From the NCBI GenBank assembly GCA_024685175.1, contig JAIKWD010000004.1, forward strand, positions 3,622-67,621: a stretch of 64,000 nucleotides of DNA, given 5' to 3'. The first letter of the stretch is position 1, and every line of letters starts with the position of its first letter. A program made the position numbers and the translations under genes. This document shows positions 9,210-20,488 of this stretch, one piece after another. The DNA comes from Bacteroidales bacterium (GTDB taxonomy: Bacteria; Bacteroidota; Bacteroidia; Bacteroidales; WCHB1-69). A model generated the notes under the pieces. It ran no database searches, had not been told where the DNA came from, and saw only the letters and a program-made list of their open reading frames with translations.

Positions 9210-9233
9210 TCGTTGAAAACAAAACGCACGACT

Positions 9234-11990
9234 ATGAAAAGAAGATACATCCTATTTCTATTATTATTTGTAGGGTTTGAGGCTCTTTCTGCCCAGGTCG
9301 CCTTAATTCGTCCAAGTTCCATTGAATTCTCGCGGTCAAAGGAACACTATTTAATAATGAAACCCTATTTTGAGGCGGCATACCAAACTTATCCAGCTGT
9401 CCCACGTGGAATATTGGAAGCGATGTCCTTCAACTATACTCGTTTCACGCCACAAATATGGCCAGACACAGTAGAAGATGACTTAAAGATGCCACGTACG
9501 TATACTGTGATGGGCTTAACGTTGCACGGCAAAAACTATTTTCGGGAAAATGTTCGCCGGGTGTCAAATTTGTCAGGTATATCTGTCCAGGATATTCTGG
9601 AAAAGGACGAAACGGCGATAATGGCCTATGCGGCGGCTGTTGACAGTCTGCAAAGGAAGTTTGGCTGCAAGCAGGGTAGTGTAGAAGATTGTTTCCCCAT
9701 TTTAGTTGATTTGTCCGAGATTCCCGCGAGTTGTGAATTTGCTTTGAATAGTTCAATGTATGTTATTTATTTGTTTCTTGCCGACAGCTCGGTGATGCAG
9801 TGTGGCATACCTCGTCGTAATATTGATTTTGATAAGCTGTTTGGGAATATGTTACCGATATTGCAACAACACGAGGTGAATATTGATGCAACGCAGGGTG
9901 TGCAAGATGTTGAATCCAGGGATTATGGCGCAGCAATTTGGGTGCCTGCGGCTAGCTGTAATTACTCTTCGCGAAACGGAATGTCTGTGTCCAATGTCGC
10001 CATACATTATACGGAAGGTACTTATGCCGGCGCCATCGCTTGGTTCCAGAATTGTGCGGCCAAGGCATCAGCACACTATGTGATCCGTTCGGTTGATGGG
10101 CAAATTACACAAATGGTTCGTGAAAACGACAAAGCCTGGCATGTGGGTGTGGCTAATAGCTATACCATTGGCATTGAGCACGAAGCCTATGGCGATGTAT
10201 CCTCCTTCTTTACTATGGCAATGTACGTGTCCTCCGCTACCTTGGTGCGCAATATTTGTGCTAGGTACCCTGTGATAAAACCCCATCACACATTCTACCG
10301 CGATACGCTGGACGACGGGACCGCGTTGAATAGTGGTCAACATCCCTTGGGGGGCTCTTCGTCCTGCACTCAAATTAGAGGCCATCAGCATTTCCCCAAT
10401 CAAACGCACACGGACCCCGGCCCCTACTGGGACTGGAATTTTTACTATCAATTGGTTAATCCTGTGGTGGAATTGGACTCTTCAAATGCAGAAACAGGAC
10501 TATTTACGGATTCTGGGGGCTCGGCGGGTGGCTACGGCAACGATGAGCGTCGCGCGTTCCTTATTCGTGTGCCGGGAGCTGACAGCATTGTGCTGCAGTT
10601 CAGCACTTTTGAACTTGAACCAAATTATGACTTCCTTTGGATCTATGCAGGCGACTCGCCTTTCGCTCACAAACTGGGCCGCTGGAACACGCAGAATCCT
10701 GGTAGGGTAGTGGCACCGGGTGATTGTATGTTTATAGAGTTCCGATCGGATTGCCAAACCACGGCTGCCGGCTGGCAAGCACAGTGGACGGCTTGTTCCC
10801 ATCAACAAGATATTATGCCACCGACGACTCAAATATTACTTGATGAGCATCAATGGATAACGCAAGATTTTGTGGCGCACTTCGCCGATTACGACGACGT
10901 AAGGGTAAAATACCGCTTCTATCAGATTACGGAACACACCTCTGCAGGTTGGACGGCTAATGCAAAATGCGGTTTTCTATGCGACAATTTTGATGCTCCA
11001 TCACCGGCATCACCATGGACCCATGATGGCTTGTGGCAGGTTGTCGACCAAGAACTCGTCAATACCTCACATGAGTCCCGTTCGTGGATTACTTTCCCCT
11101 TCAACGACCAAACCCACGATGCATTCCTGTTTGATTTTTATTTGGCAATAAATGATACAGGGCGCGTTTCGTTCTGTTTTCATGTGGACGGATCATTAGT
11201 TAATCCTGAAACGGATTGTTATGGCATCACTTTTGACAAGACTGCACATTCGCTGACGATTTGGCAGATGAAAAATGGAATGAAGGTTTTTTTTGCCAGT
11301 CGCTCGGATATCTACTATGCGACAGGTCAGCCATTCTTGTGTCGAGTGGTTTGGGATATGCGTTCGCGGCGTGTTATGGTCTTTAGGCATACAGCATTGC
11401 TGGCCGACGTACAGGTGGATCTGTTGCCTGGACCTGGGGGTGCAGTTGGCTTCGAGCTTGAAAACGCCATCGTGTCGATTGATAACCTCCGAGCTTACGG
11501 CTCACGGGCAGATACCGTAAATATAACCGTAGGCTCCCATCCCAATGCTATGATTGCTTCGCAAGCAGATAATGGCAACTCCACAAGCAAACTCAAATCC
11601 GTGGTGATGGATGCTACAGGAAAGTTTTCTCCATCTGGAGAGATGTCTTTGTTGGTGGACTATACAAGCCCACCTCCTGTGAGTTTTGTCCGTTGCGGGT
11701 ATTTAGCCACAGTTAGTGGAAGCGCGCAGTTCGTAGGCAACATCATAGCTTACTGGAACTCGGTGCAGGACCCACACTCGGGAGTTAAATCTTATCATTA
11801 TTTGCTTGACTTGGAAAATAATCGTGATTGGTTACGCCAGTCATGGGTGAACAACGAATTGCAAACGGACTGTATCCGATCGGTCAGACTGCCTTTTGGC
11901 TCATTTTTTCGTCTAGTTGTGAAGGTGGAGAACGGAGCGGGACTTTGTTCGCCTAAGACTTGCTCTCAACGTTATACCCTTACGCAATGA
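9234..11990 (+). CDS. secreted multidomain N-acetylmuramoyl-L-alanine amidase (Amidase_2/PGRP-like) with CUB-like and jelly-roll-like domains
   Basis: Start moved to ATG 9234, which gives a signal peptide (MKRRYILFLLLFVGFEALSAQ) and sits 25 nt after a -7 box. Amidase_2 motifs at about 9993-10448 (IHYTEG...AHYVI...AWHVG...IGIEHE...HTDPGPYWDW). CUB-like block at about 10500-10796. Confidence 0.8.
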   Translation: MKRRYILFLLLFVGFEALSAQVALIRPSSIEFSRSKEHYLIMKPYFEAAYQTYPAVPRGILEAMSFNYTRFTPQIWPDTVEDDLKMPRTYTVMGLTLHGKNYFRENVRRVSNLSGISVQDILEKDETAIMAYAAAVDSLQRKFGCKQGSVEDCFPILVDLSEIPASCEFALNSSMYVIYLFLADSSVMQCGIPRRNIDFDKLFGNMLPILQQHEVNIDATQGVQDVESRDYGAAIWVPAASCNYSSRNGMSVSNVAIHYTEGTYAGAIAWFQNCAAKASAHYVIRSVDGQITQMVRENDKAWHVGVANSYTIGIEHEAYGDVSSFFTMAMYVSSATLVRNICARYPVIKPHHTFYRDTLDDGTALNSGQHPLGGSSSCTQIRGHQHFPNQTHTDPGPYWDWNFYYQLVNPVVELDSSNAETGLFTDSGGSAGGYGNDERRAFLIRVPGADSIVLQFSTFELEPNYDFLWIYAGDSPFAHKLGRWNTQNPGRVVAPGDCMFIEFRSDCQTTAAGWQAQWTACSHQQDIMPPTTQILLDEHQWITQDFVAHFADYDDVRVKYRFYQITEHTSAGWTANAKCGFLCDNFDAPSPASPWTHDGLWQVVDQELVNTSHESRSWITFPFNDQTHDAFLFDFYLAINDTGRVSFCFHVDGSLVNPETDCYGITFDKTAHSLTIWQMKNGMKVFFASRSDIYYATGQPFLCRVVWDMRSRRVMVFRHTALLADVQVDLLPGPGGAVGFELENAIVSIDNLRAYGSRADTVNITVGSHPNAMIASQADNGNSTSKLKSVVMDATGKFSPSGEMSLLVDYTSPPPVSFVRCGYLATVSGSAQFVGNIIAYWNSVQDPHSGVKSYHYLLDLENNRDWLRQSWVNNELQTDCIRSVRLPFGSFFRLVVKVENGAGLCSPKTCSQRYTLTQ

Positions 11991-12000
11991 AATCAAAAAA

Positions 12001-12023
12001 GGCTGCCGAACGGCAGCCTTTTT
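12001..12023. terminator. bidirectional intrinsic terminator (amidase gene / groEL)
   Basis: GGCTGCC-GAAC-GGCAGCC, flanked by A6 on the left and T5 on the right, between convergent genes. Confidence 0.8.
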
Positions 12024-12047
12024 CTATGCAGTGTATGGAATGATCTA

Positions 12048-13730
<1,683 letters not shown>

Positions 13731-13737
13731 CAGCTGG

Positions 13738-14013
13738 TTAGCAGATAGCGTAAATGTCGCTCTCTTTCATAATGAGGAAGGTCTCGCCATCCAGTTGGAT
13801 TTCCGTGCCGGAATATTTGCCGTAGAGAACGGTGTCGTTCACCTTGACGGTCATAGGTTCGTCCTTTTTGCCAGGACCTACGGCTATAACGGTGCCCTTT
13901 TGGGGTTTTTCTTTTGCGGTGTCGGGGATGATGATGCCGCCGGCAGTCTTCTGCTCAGCTTCGGCAGGCTTTACCAAAACTCTGTCTGCCAATGGTTTAA
14001 TGTTACACTTCAT
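13738..14013 (-). CDS. groS: co-chaperonin GroES
   Basis: 91 aa. [12 protein letters not shown]...[24 protein letters not shown]. Lies immediately upstream of groEL. Confidence 0.95.
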   Translation of the reverse strand: MKCNIKPLADRVLVKPAEAEQKTAGGIIIPDTAKEKPQKGTVIAVGPGKKDEPMTVKVNDTVLYGKYSGTEIQLDGETFLIMKESDIYAIC

Positions 14014-14133
14014 AGTAATTGTTTTTAATGTTTATAATTATTTTTGTTGTTTACTAAAAAACGCGATTAATGTTTTACAAAATCTGTGCCAAAAAACACC
14101 AATGCGTTTTTTCTGACAATAATAATATGCAAA

Positions 14134-14148
14134 CTGACAAACTGTCAG
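14134..14148. promoter_or_regulatory. perfect inverted repeat CTGACA-AAC-TGTCAG upstream of groES (candidate operator)
   Basis: Lies about 120 nt upstream of the groES start. A third CTGACAA copy is at 14113-14119. It is not a CIRCE element. Confidence 0.3.
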
Positions 14149-14153
14149 ATGTA

Positions 14154-14170
14154 GGATATTGGATATTGGA
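14154..14170 (+). repeat. heptamer repeat GGATATT x2.4
   Basis: GGATATT GGATATT GGA. Confidence 0.7.
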
Positions 14171-14193
14171 AGTAGGTGATAATAGTTAGTATG

Positions 14194-14252
14194 AAAATCT
14201 TAAATCTCACGTCTCAAATCTCAAATCTCAAATCTAAATCTCTCACCTCACG
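14194..14252 (-). repeat. heptamer array (NAAATCT / TCTCAAA)x8
   Basis: TCTCAAA x3 is perfect at 14212-14232, with degenerate flanking units. The minus strand reads TTTGAGA, giving TGA every 7 nt. Confidence 0.85.
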
Positions 14253-14274
14253 TTTCATTATTCTCTGTTTTTTG

Positions 14275-14282
14275 TATATTTG
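14275..14282 (+). promoter_or_regulatory. Bacteroidota -7 box TAnnTTTG
   Basis: TATATTTG, 37 nt before pepD. Confidence 0.55.
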
Positions 14283-14318
14283 CCACCCTCAAGAATATTA
14301 ACTTAAAAATTTACAGAT

Positions 14319-15785
14319 ATGAATGAAGAAATGTTAAATCTCAAACCTGCTAAGGTTTTCTATTATTTCAATGAGATTACAAAGATTCCGCGTCCTTCCA
14401 AGAAAGAGGAACGCATATCCGCTTGGCTCGAGCAAACAGGCAAAAATCTAGGTCTTGCGACCTATCGTGACAAAGTCGGCAATGTCGTGATTTCCAAACC
14501 TGCCACTCCAGGCAAGGAGAATGTCACACCCGTTATCTTCCAAGCCCACATGGATATGGTGTGCGAGAAGAACAACGACACGAACTTCGACTTTGAGAAG
14601 GATGCCATCCAGACATACGTGGACGGTGAGTGGCTCAAGGCCAAGGGTACCACGCTTGGCGCCGATGACGGCATTGGCGTGGCTATTGCGTTGGCTATCC
14701 TCGACGACAAGGAACTCCAACACGGCCCCATCGAATGTCTCTTCACCATTGACGAGGAAACCGGTCTGTCTGGCGCAAAAGCCTTGGAAGGCGGAGTCCT
14801 CAAAGGCAAGATGCTCATCAACCTCGACTCTGAAGATGAAGGCCAGTTCTTCATCGGCTGCGCCGGCGGCAAGGACACGGTGGCTACTCTTGAGTGCGAC
14901 TATGAGAAGGTCAAGGAACTCGAAGACGACGAGTTCAACTTCTACAAGATTACCGTCAAGGGCTTGCAAGGCGGTCACTCCGGCGACGACATCAACAAGG
15001 GCCGCGGCAATGCCGTCAAGTTGCTCACCCGCGTGCTGTGGAACGCTTACTGTGATTACAGTGCCCGCATCGTAGACATCCAGGCTGGTAACTTGCGCAA
15101 CGCCATCGCCCGCGAGGGTGTCGCCATTGTTGCGGTTCCCTCCGTCAACGCAGAATCCATCGAGGCTTACATCAAAGAGATGGACGAAACCTACAAGAGC
15201 GAGTTCCATACTACGGATCCCGGCGTGACCGTGACAATGGAGCCGGCTGATCCTGCCGAGAAAGTGCTGGAAGAGACCTTCCAGATCGATGTGCTGAACG
15301 CTTTGCTCGTGTGTCCTCACGGCGTACAGGCAATGTCGCAGGACATCTCAGGTTTTGTGGAGACCTCTACCAACTTGGCTTCCGTCAAGAAAGACGGCGA
15401 CAAGATCATCATCACGACGAGCCAACGCAGTTCCGTGGAATCGCGCAAGCAGGCCATCGTGGACAAAGTCTCCACCACATTCTGGATGGTGGGCGCCGAC
15501 GTGGTCTCCGGCGACGGCTATCCCGGCTGGAACCCCAATCCGGATTCCAAGGTGCTCAATGTGCTCGTGGATGCTTACAAGAACCTCTTCCACAAGGATC
15601 CCCAAGTGCTGGCTATCCACGCCGGCCTCGAGTGCGGCCTCTTCTCCGAGAAGTACCCCTACCTCGATATGGTCTCCATCGGACCGACCTTGCGTGGCGT
15701 GCACTCTCCTGACGAAAAACTCGAAATCAAGACCGTACAGATGTGCTGGGATCTCTTGGTCGAGTTCTTCAGACTGCTGAAATAA
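14319..15785 (+). CDS. pepD: aminoacyl-histidine dipeptidase (M20 family, PepD-like)
   Basis: 488 aa. PRPSKKEERIS...QAHMDMVCEKN...GADDGIG...DEETGLSGA motifs. A -7 box lies 37 nt upstream. Confidence 0.85.
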   Translation: MNEEMLNLKPAKVFYYFNEITKIPRPSKKEERISAWLEQTGKNLGLATYRDKVGNVVISKPATPGKENVTPVIFQAHMDMVCEKNNDTNFDFEKDAIQTYVDGEWLKAKGTTLGADDGIGVAIALAILDDKELQHGPIECLFTIDEETGLSGAKALEGGVLKGKMLINLDSEDEGQFFIGCAGGKDTVATLECDYEKVKELEDDEFNFYKITVKGLQGGHSGDDINKGRGNAVKLLTRVLWNAYCDYSARIVDIQAGNLRNAIAREGVAIVAVPSVNAESIEAYIKEMDETYKSEFHTTDPGVTVTMEPADPAEKVLEETFQIDVLNALLVCPHGVQAMSQDISGFVETSTNLASVKKDGDKIIITTSQRSSVESRKQAIVDKVSTTFWMVGADVVSGDGYPGWNPNPDSKVLNVLVDAYKNLFHKDPQVLAIHAGLECGLFSEKYPYLDMVSIGPTLRGVHSPDEKLEIKTVQMCWDLLVEFFRLLK

Positions 15786-15812
15786 AAAAGTAAAGGGGTT
15801 TACCTACTTTGT

Positions 15813-15838
15813 ATAGGCATCGGGTTCCCGATGCCTAT
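15813..15838. terminator. hairpin between convergent pepD and the L,D-transpeptidase gene
   Basis: ATAGGCATCGGG/CCCGATGCCTAT followed by T7. It overlaps the stop codon of the minus-strand gene. Confidence 0.65.
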
Positions 15839-17724
15839 TTTTTTGCAAAGCCTAAGGTGTTCAGGATGTTGTCGTCCTTGTAATAGATGTCCTCACGATA
15901 TTGAATGCGATCCTGAGCGTCAGGGTAACAGGTGTAATATTCGATGAAGAGGGGCATCCGTTTCTTGAGAAATACGGAGGTGGGGCGTAACTTGCGATAG
16001 AAGGGCTTTTCCGCGTCAGGCAATTTCTCGTAATATTCGGTCTCTTTTTCCTCCATCTTCTCCAGGTATTTCTTGCCCTTTTCTGTTGTAGGCTTATTGC
16101 CGACCAGCAACCCCAGACGTTCCACTTCCCACTCGTCGTATTCATTGTACTGGTAAAGCAGATCTACAAGGTCGAAGGGGTTCTCGACGCGTACGCAACC
16201 GTGACTGAAGGTGCGTACACGACGCTTGAAGGCACCCTTGTTGTTGGTGTCGTGCAAATAGACGGATTCCGTGTTTGAAAAGTCGAATTTGACCTGTCCC
16301 AGAGCATTGTATCGTCCGGAACTTTGGATGAGTCGGTAGGGGATGTTGTTGCGGTTGACGTTGTTCCAATCAATGGATTCGGGCGCCACAAATTTGCCGT
16401 TGCGCGCATCTTTGATGTACAGGTGCTCGCGGTTGATGACGGCAGTGTTGCTCTTGCAGAGTTTGTGGTAGTATTCGTTCTTGATGATGTCATAAGGAAT
16501 GTTCCACTCCGGATTCAGCACAAGACGACGGATTTCGCTATGCAGGAGGGGCGTCTCGGCCTTGTAGGCCCGCGTGATGCCATTGCGTGTGCGCCCAGGA
16601 GAGTTTTGAGGGTTCTGCGTCTTTCCACAACAAATGCGCGTCTTGAAGGCGCATTCGTTTTTTACAAAGGCTTGCAGCGTAAAGTCGGGGATGTTGACGG
16701 CAATATAGTCCTCGCCTTTGGTGGCCTCGGTGCGCCAGCGCAACCGCTCCAAATTGGCGCTGATCCTTCTGCAATAGTAGTCGATGGGACGGTTCAACTT
16801 TTCAATGGTCTCTTTGCCCAAAGAGTCGGCAGCGGGGATGTTATTGTGCGCACGGAACAGATTTATGCCGTCCAGCACTTGCTTGGTAAGCATATTGGTG
16901 TCTGGATAGTTGGCGGCCAGCTCTCCCGTAACACGCAATCGTTGACAGACTAAAGGGATAATGTCGCTGTTTTGACCTGCCGTGATCGTCTTGACGGGAA
17001 TCTCTTTTAATACCGTGTCTTTGATAGGATATAGACGTTGCAACTCTTTTTGCAGTCTGACATAGGTCGCACTTTTGGGCTGGTAGTTATCTAATGTGTT
17101 TGATAGGGCGGCAAGTCCGTCTAAGGCTTGCTTGTGGAAGTTGCTGTCGGGTTGCACCATCTTGTACAGCCATTTACCGCCATTGACGATTTTGGGGTCG
17201 GTGGCACCGTATTGCAGGGCATGCGCGTATTTGAGATATGCATCACTTAAAAGACACTCCAAGTTAAAGAGCGCATCATAAAGGTTGTCATCGTTGGCAA
17301 CCTTATGGCTTTGTAATTCGGTTAGGCTGCTTCTGATAGAGTCGTACCCGAAGAAATTGGCTGGAATACCATGCTCCGGAGCTCGTGACAAATAGTCCAT
17401 CAGAACACCCACTTTGTGCTCTTGACAACCGTTTATCGTCCAAATGGGCGATTGCTCGGCAATATAATATTGCTTGAGATAGTCTGGCATGGAATGTGCC
17501 GAATCAGAATCAAGTTTTTCAATCCTTTGCAGGAAGTAGACTTGATAGTCGTTGTTGCTAAATGTGCTATAATACTTGAACCAATGGGGCTTTGACTCCA
17601 CTTTGCCGCGTAATTTGCTGCAGCTGATGGTGCACAAAATCCCTATGCACAGAAGGATAGCACGCTTGATGAGGGCGGGTCGCTTTATGCCTTGGGAGTG
17701 ACTGAGGTGGCTCGTGGGTTTCAT
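15835..17724 (-). CDS. L,D-transpeptidase (YkuD domain) family protein
   Basis: 629 aa. C-terminal YkuD signature VYLHDTNNKGAFKRRVRTFSHGCVRVENP. ATGA overlap with the upstream gene. Confidence 0.8.
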   Translation of the reverse strand: MKPTSHLSHSQGIKRPALIKRAILLCIGILCTISCSKLRGKVESKPHWFKYYSTFSNNDYQVYFLQRIEKLDSDSAHSMPDYLKQYYIAEQSPIWTINGCQEHKVGVLMDYLSRAPEHGIPANFFGYDSIRSSLTELQSHKVANDDNLYDALFNLECLLSDAYLKYAHALQYGATDPKIVNGGKWLYKMVQPDSNFHKQALDGLAALSNTLDNYQPKSATYVRLQKELQRLYPIKDTVLKEIPVKTITAGQNSDIIPLVCQRLRVTGELAANYPDTNMLTKQVLDGINLFRAHNNIPAADSLGKETIEKLNRPIDYYCRRISANLERLRWRTEATKGEDYIAVNIPDFTLQAFVKNECAFKTRICCGKTQNPQNSPGRTRNGITRAYKAETPLLHSEIRRLVLNPEWNIPYDIIKNEYYHKLCKSNTAVINREHLYIKDARNGKFVAPESIDWNNVNRNNIPYRLIQSSGRYNALGQVKFDFSNTESVYLHDTNNKGAFKRRVRTFSHGCVRVENPFDLVDLLYQYNEYDEWEVERLGLLVGNKPTTEKGKKYLEKMEEKETEYYEKLPDAEKPFYRKLRPTSVFLKKRMPLFIEYYTCYPDAQDRIQYREDIYYKDDNILNTLGFAKK

Positions 17725-19406
17725 AAGGGGTTGTATCGAATAAAGGTTTTGTTGCTGAATGAGGCACCGTTGTCAAGAATGGCGGATACGCTCACAGTGT
17801 GTCTCTTCGTACCTTTGCGCCAAAGTACTGTGATGGTGTTGTCCTTGCTTTCTGTGATGAATCCGCCCTCTACCTTCCAACTTGCGCTTTGCACATTAGG
17901 GTTGGACAGCGAGAAAATGCTCGGATTATCCTTGTCGTATTGTATGGTTCTGTCGCCGCAGAGTTCGCGATAGAAGAAATCCTGCGTCTTGTCTTGGATA
18001 TAGTAGAAATATTGGGTCAGCTTGCCCGATTTGTCTTGGAATGGCGAGTGCTCTGCGCCTTCGAGAGGGTGGAATTCGTTGCGAATGTGCAACTCATCGA
18101 GCCGACGGTGAATGGACTTGGAACCATACATTTTGTCGAAGAGTTTCTCGCCCAATTCTCCTTTTATGAAGCCGAATGGCGCTCCTTCGTCGTATGGCAC
18201 GATATTATCCTCAGTGCCGTGGAAGGAAACCACGGACACTGGATGGTTGCTGAGGACTTTAAGGTCGTGTACGGCTCCCCACATGTTGGATACACCCTTG
18301 ATAGTGAACTTGTTGTGCAAATTGTTTCCGGAGGATTCTATTTTTCCCAATTTCGCATCAAGGTTATGCTCTTGTATGAAGGGTGGTCTTGTACTATTGG
18401 TCATAAAGGCCACGTTGAGGGCGGTGATGGATCCTGCGCTGGCGCCGGCCAGGAAAATGGCGCTCGTGTCAATGCCGTATTCGTCGGCGTGGGCGACGAG
18501 ATATCGCACGGCAGCGTGCGCGTCCTGTATGGCTTGGTAACCGCACTGCAGGATGGAAGTCTTGGTGAACTTGAACCCCAATCGGTAGTTGATGGAAGCT
18601 GCCACGTAGCCTGCCTTGGCGAAATGGCTGCAGAATGTGGCCATCGGCAACGCGCCCTTGTCACCGAAATAATACGCACCACCATGGATGAACACGATGA
18701 GCGGATGACGCTCAAGCGTGTCGTCGTCCGGATAGTAGAGATCGAAATCCAAGTTTAGATCCTTGGCTTTCGCTGTCTTGGAAATCGTCTTGGTGAACAT
18801 CTTCAAATACTTGGAATCGTTCATGGCATAAGATGTCCAATAACCTTTGGCGCTGCCATACTTTATGTTTTTCTTTGTCTTGGTGGAAAAAACGCTTTTG
18901 CGGTAGCGAGGCGAGTCGTATTGGGTGTATGCGGGTTCGCGATGGCGCTCGAAATAGATGGAACGCTTGTCGAGCCGTGAGTGCACGGGCGTGAACTCGC
19001 CCGTGATGCAGGCAGTATCAATAGTGACGGAGAATCGTATCTCTCGTTCCGTCTCCTTCGTCTTGAAATAGTAGTCGTCATCCCGACGGACAATGCTGAA
19101 GGGCACCTCTTCGAGCCAGACGGATTTGCCTACGGGATAAAAATGCCCTTCAAGACCGTCTTTGGAGACTTCGTCTATCTTGAAATAGAGGCAACTGTCT
19201 TGCACTACGCCATAGTAATAGTATGCGGTGTCGAAAATGCTGAAGTCGAATGCTTCTTTTTGGGTGATGGTTACGGCCTCTTTGGAATGTTTTACATTCT
19301 TGCGATGTCTGGTCGCGGCATCTTCTTGTTTGCGGCACGACGCGAGCAACAGTATGGTCATGCCGAGTAGTAGAAAGAGAATGCTATGGGCAGTGCAGTA
19401 TCTCAT
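17721..19406 (-). CDS. lipoprotein alpha/beta-hydrolase (esterase/lipase type) with extra N- and C-terminal domains
   Basis: 561 aa. Lipobox LLASC, oxyanion HGGAYYFG, and nucleophile elbow GASAGS. Confidence 0.7.
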   Translation of the reverse strand: MRYCTAHSILFLLLGMTILLLASCRKQEDAATRHRKNVKHSKEAVTITQKEAFDFSIFDTAYYYYGVVQDSCLYFKIDEVSKDGLEGHFYPVGKSVWLEEVPFSIVRRDDDYYFKTKETEREIRFSVTIDTACITGEFTPVHSRLDKRSIYFERHREPAYTQYDSPRYRKSVFSTKTKKNIKYGSAKGYWTSYAMNDSKYLKMFTKTISKTAKAKDLNLDFDLYYPDDDTLERHPLIVFIHGGAYYFGDKGALPMATFCSHFAKAGYVAASINYRLGFKFTKTSILQCGYQAIQDAHAAVRYLVAHADEYGIDTSAIFLAGASAGSITALNVAFMTNSTRPPFIQEHNLDAKLGKIESSGNNLHNKFTIKGVSNMWGAVHDLKVLSNHPVSVVSFHGTEDNIVPYDEGAPFGFIKGELGEKLFDKMYGSKSIHRRLDELHIRNEFHPLEGAEHSPFQDKSGKLTQYFYYIQDKTQDFFYRELCGDRTIQYDKDNPSIFSLSNPNVQSASWKVEGGFITESKDNTITVLWRKGTKRHTVSVSAILDNGASFSNKTFIRYNPL

Positions 19407-19412
19407 AGGTTT

Positions 19413-20450
19413 TTATTGTGCGTTGGCTTCGCCGTTGTCAACACTGAGCAATTCAATGTCGAATACAAGCGGAGAGTATGGCGGAATGCCGTAGTTGCCA
19501 CGCTCACCATAGGCAAAGTCGGAGGGGATGATAACGGTGGCCTTCTCGCCTACATGCATTTTCGAGATGGCAACCTCCCAACCAGGAATCACTTGGCGAT
19601 CACCTAAGGTGAAAGAGAACGGCTCGTTGCGATCTGCTGAACTGTCAAAGACGGTGCCGTCTAAGAACTTGCCAGTGTAGTTTACTGTTACATGTTGCAT
19701 CTCTTTGGGCTGCTCCCCAGTGCCTTTTTTCTTGGTGATAATGTAGATGCCTTCCTCGGTCGGTTTTACTGTGATATGGTTCTTGGCCACATATTCACTG
19801 ATGTTTTTGGACTCTTCGGCTTTTTTCTCCTCCATGGCCTTCTCATACTCGGCTCTCATCTGTTCGAATTGCGCTTTGGGCATCTGACCATAAAGTTTTA
19901 CATCGAAATAGAGCGGATCTTTGCCGAACGGGTAGACCGTGTCTTGCATGAAATGTCTGAAGAACTCAGGACCATCGAGTATAAAAGAGGCAGAGTCGCC
20001 CACATGCATCATACGTATGGCAGAAAAGATGTCTCCATTGTACAAGGAGTCCATGAGCATCTCGTTGGGGGTCATCGGGATGAGCACGGAGTCGCCAGCG
20101 CGGAGGGAGAATAAGATACCCACCAAGTCGCCAGTCTTTGGCATCGCGGCGGTGTCGTGGATGTCACCAAAAAATTGGTAATACAGACCGGTGGCACGGT
20201 CTTTCTTGTATCCCTTGTGCTTGTTGAAAACTCCAGAGAAGTATAGGGCAGCGGCTATGCCAGCCAGTACGGCAATAATAATGAGACTGATGATTAATGG
20301 CTTCTTGCTGCCGGTTGGCATGGCAGGCTCATTATCTTCCATCTTTACTTCTTCGGCTTGAGGCTCTTCGGCGATAGGCTCATTGTTGATCTCGTTTTCG
20401 ATCAGTTCATTTCTGTCCATCGTGTTTTTCTCTTCGTTAATGTCTTCCAT
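19413..20450 (-). CDS. FKBP-type peptidyl-prolyl cis-trans isomerase with N-terminal acidic region and transmembrane anchor
   Basis: 345 aa. C-terminal FKBP domain VTVNYTGKFLDGTVFDSS...VIPGWEVAISKMHVGEKATVIIPSDFAYGERG. Confidence 0.85.
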   Translation of the reverse strand: MEDINEEKNTMDRNELIENEINNEPIAEEPQAEEVKMEDNEPAMPTGSKKPLIISLIIIAVLAGIAAALYFSGVFNKHKGYKKDRATGLYYQFFGDIHDTAAMPKTGDLVGILFSLRAGDSVLIPMTPNEMLMDSLYNGDIFSAIRMMHVGDSASFILDGPEFFRHFMQDTVYPFGKDPLYFDVKLYGQMPKAQFEQMRAEYEKAMEEKKAEESKNISEYVAKNHITVKPTEEGIYIITKKKGTGEQPKEMQHVTVNYTGKFLDGTVFDSSADRNEPFSFTLGDRQVIPGWEVAISKMHVGEKATVIIPSDFAYGERGNYGIPPYSPLVFDIELLSVDNGEANAQ

Positions 20451-20460
20451 AATTTACTAG

Positions 20461-20488
20461 TTTAATATTTAATGTTTAATTCTTAATT
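20461..20488 (-). repeat. heptamer array (TTTAATN)x4 between the two FKBP genes
   Basis: TTTAATA TTTAATG TTTAATT CTTAATT. Minus-strand TAA every 7 nt. Confidence 0.85.

Noticed and set aside
14194-14252. Possible CRISPR array or other spacer-repeat structure among the short tandem repeats.
   Set aside because: The units are only 7-8 nt and contiguous, with no unique spacers of 25-40 nt. There are no cas genes in the window.
14014-14318. CIRCE/HrcA operator upstream of groES.
   Set aside because: No TTAGCACTC-N9-GAGTGCTAA-like sequence is present. Only the unrelated CTGACA-N3-TGTCAG palindrome is, and that is reported as a finding.
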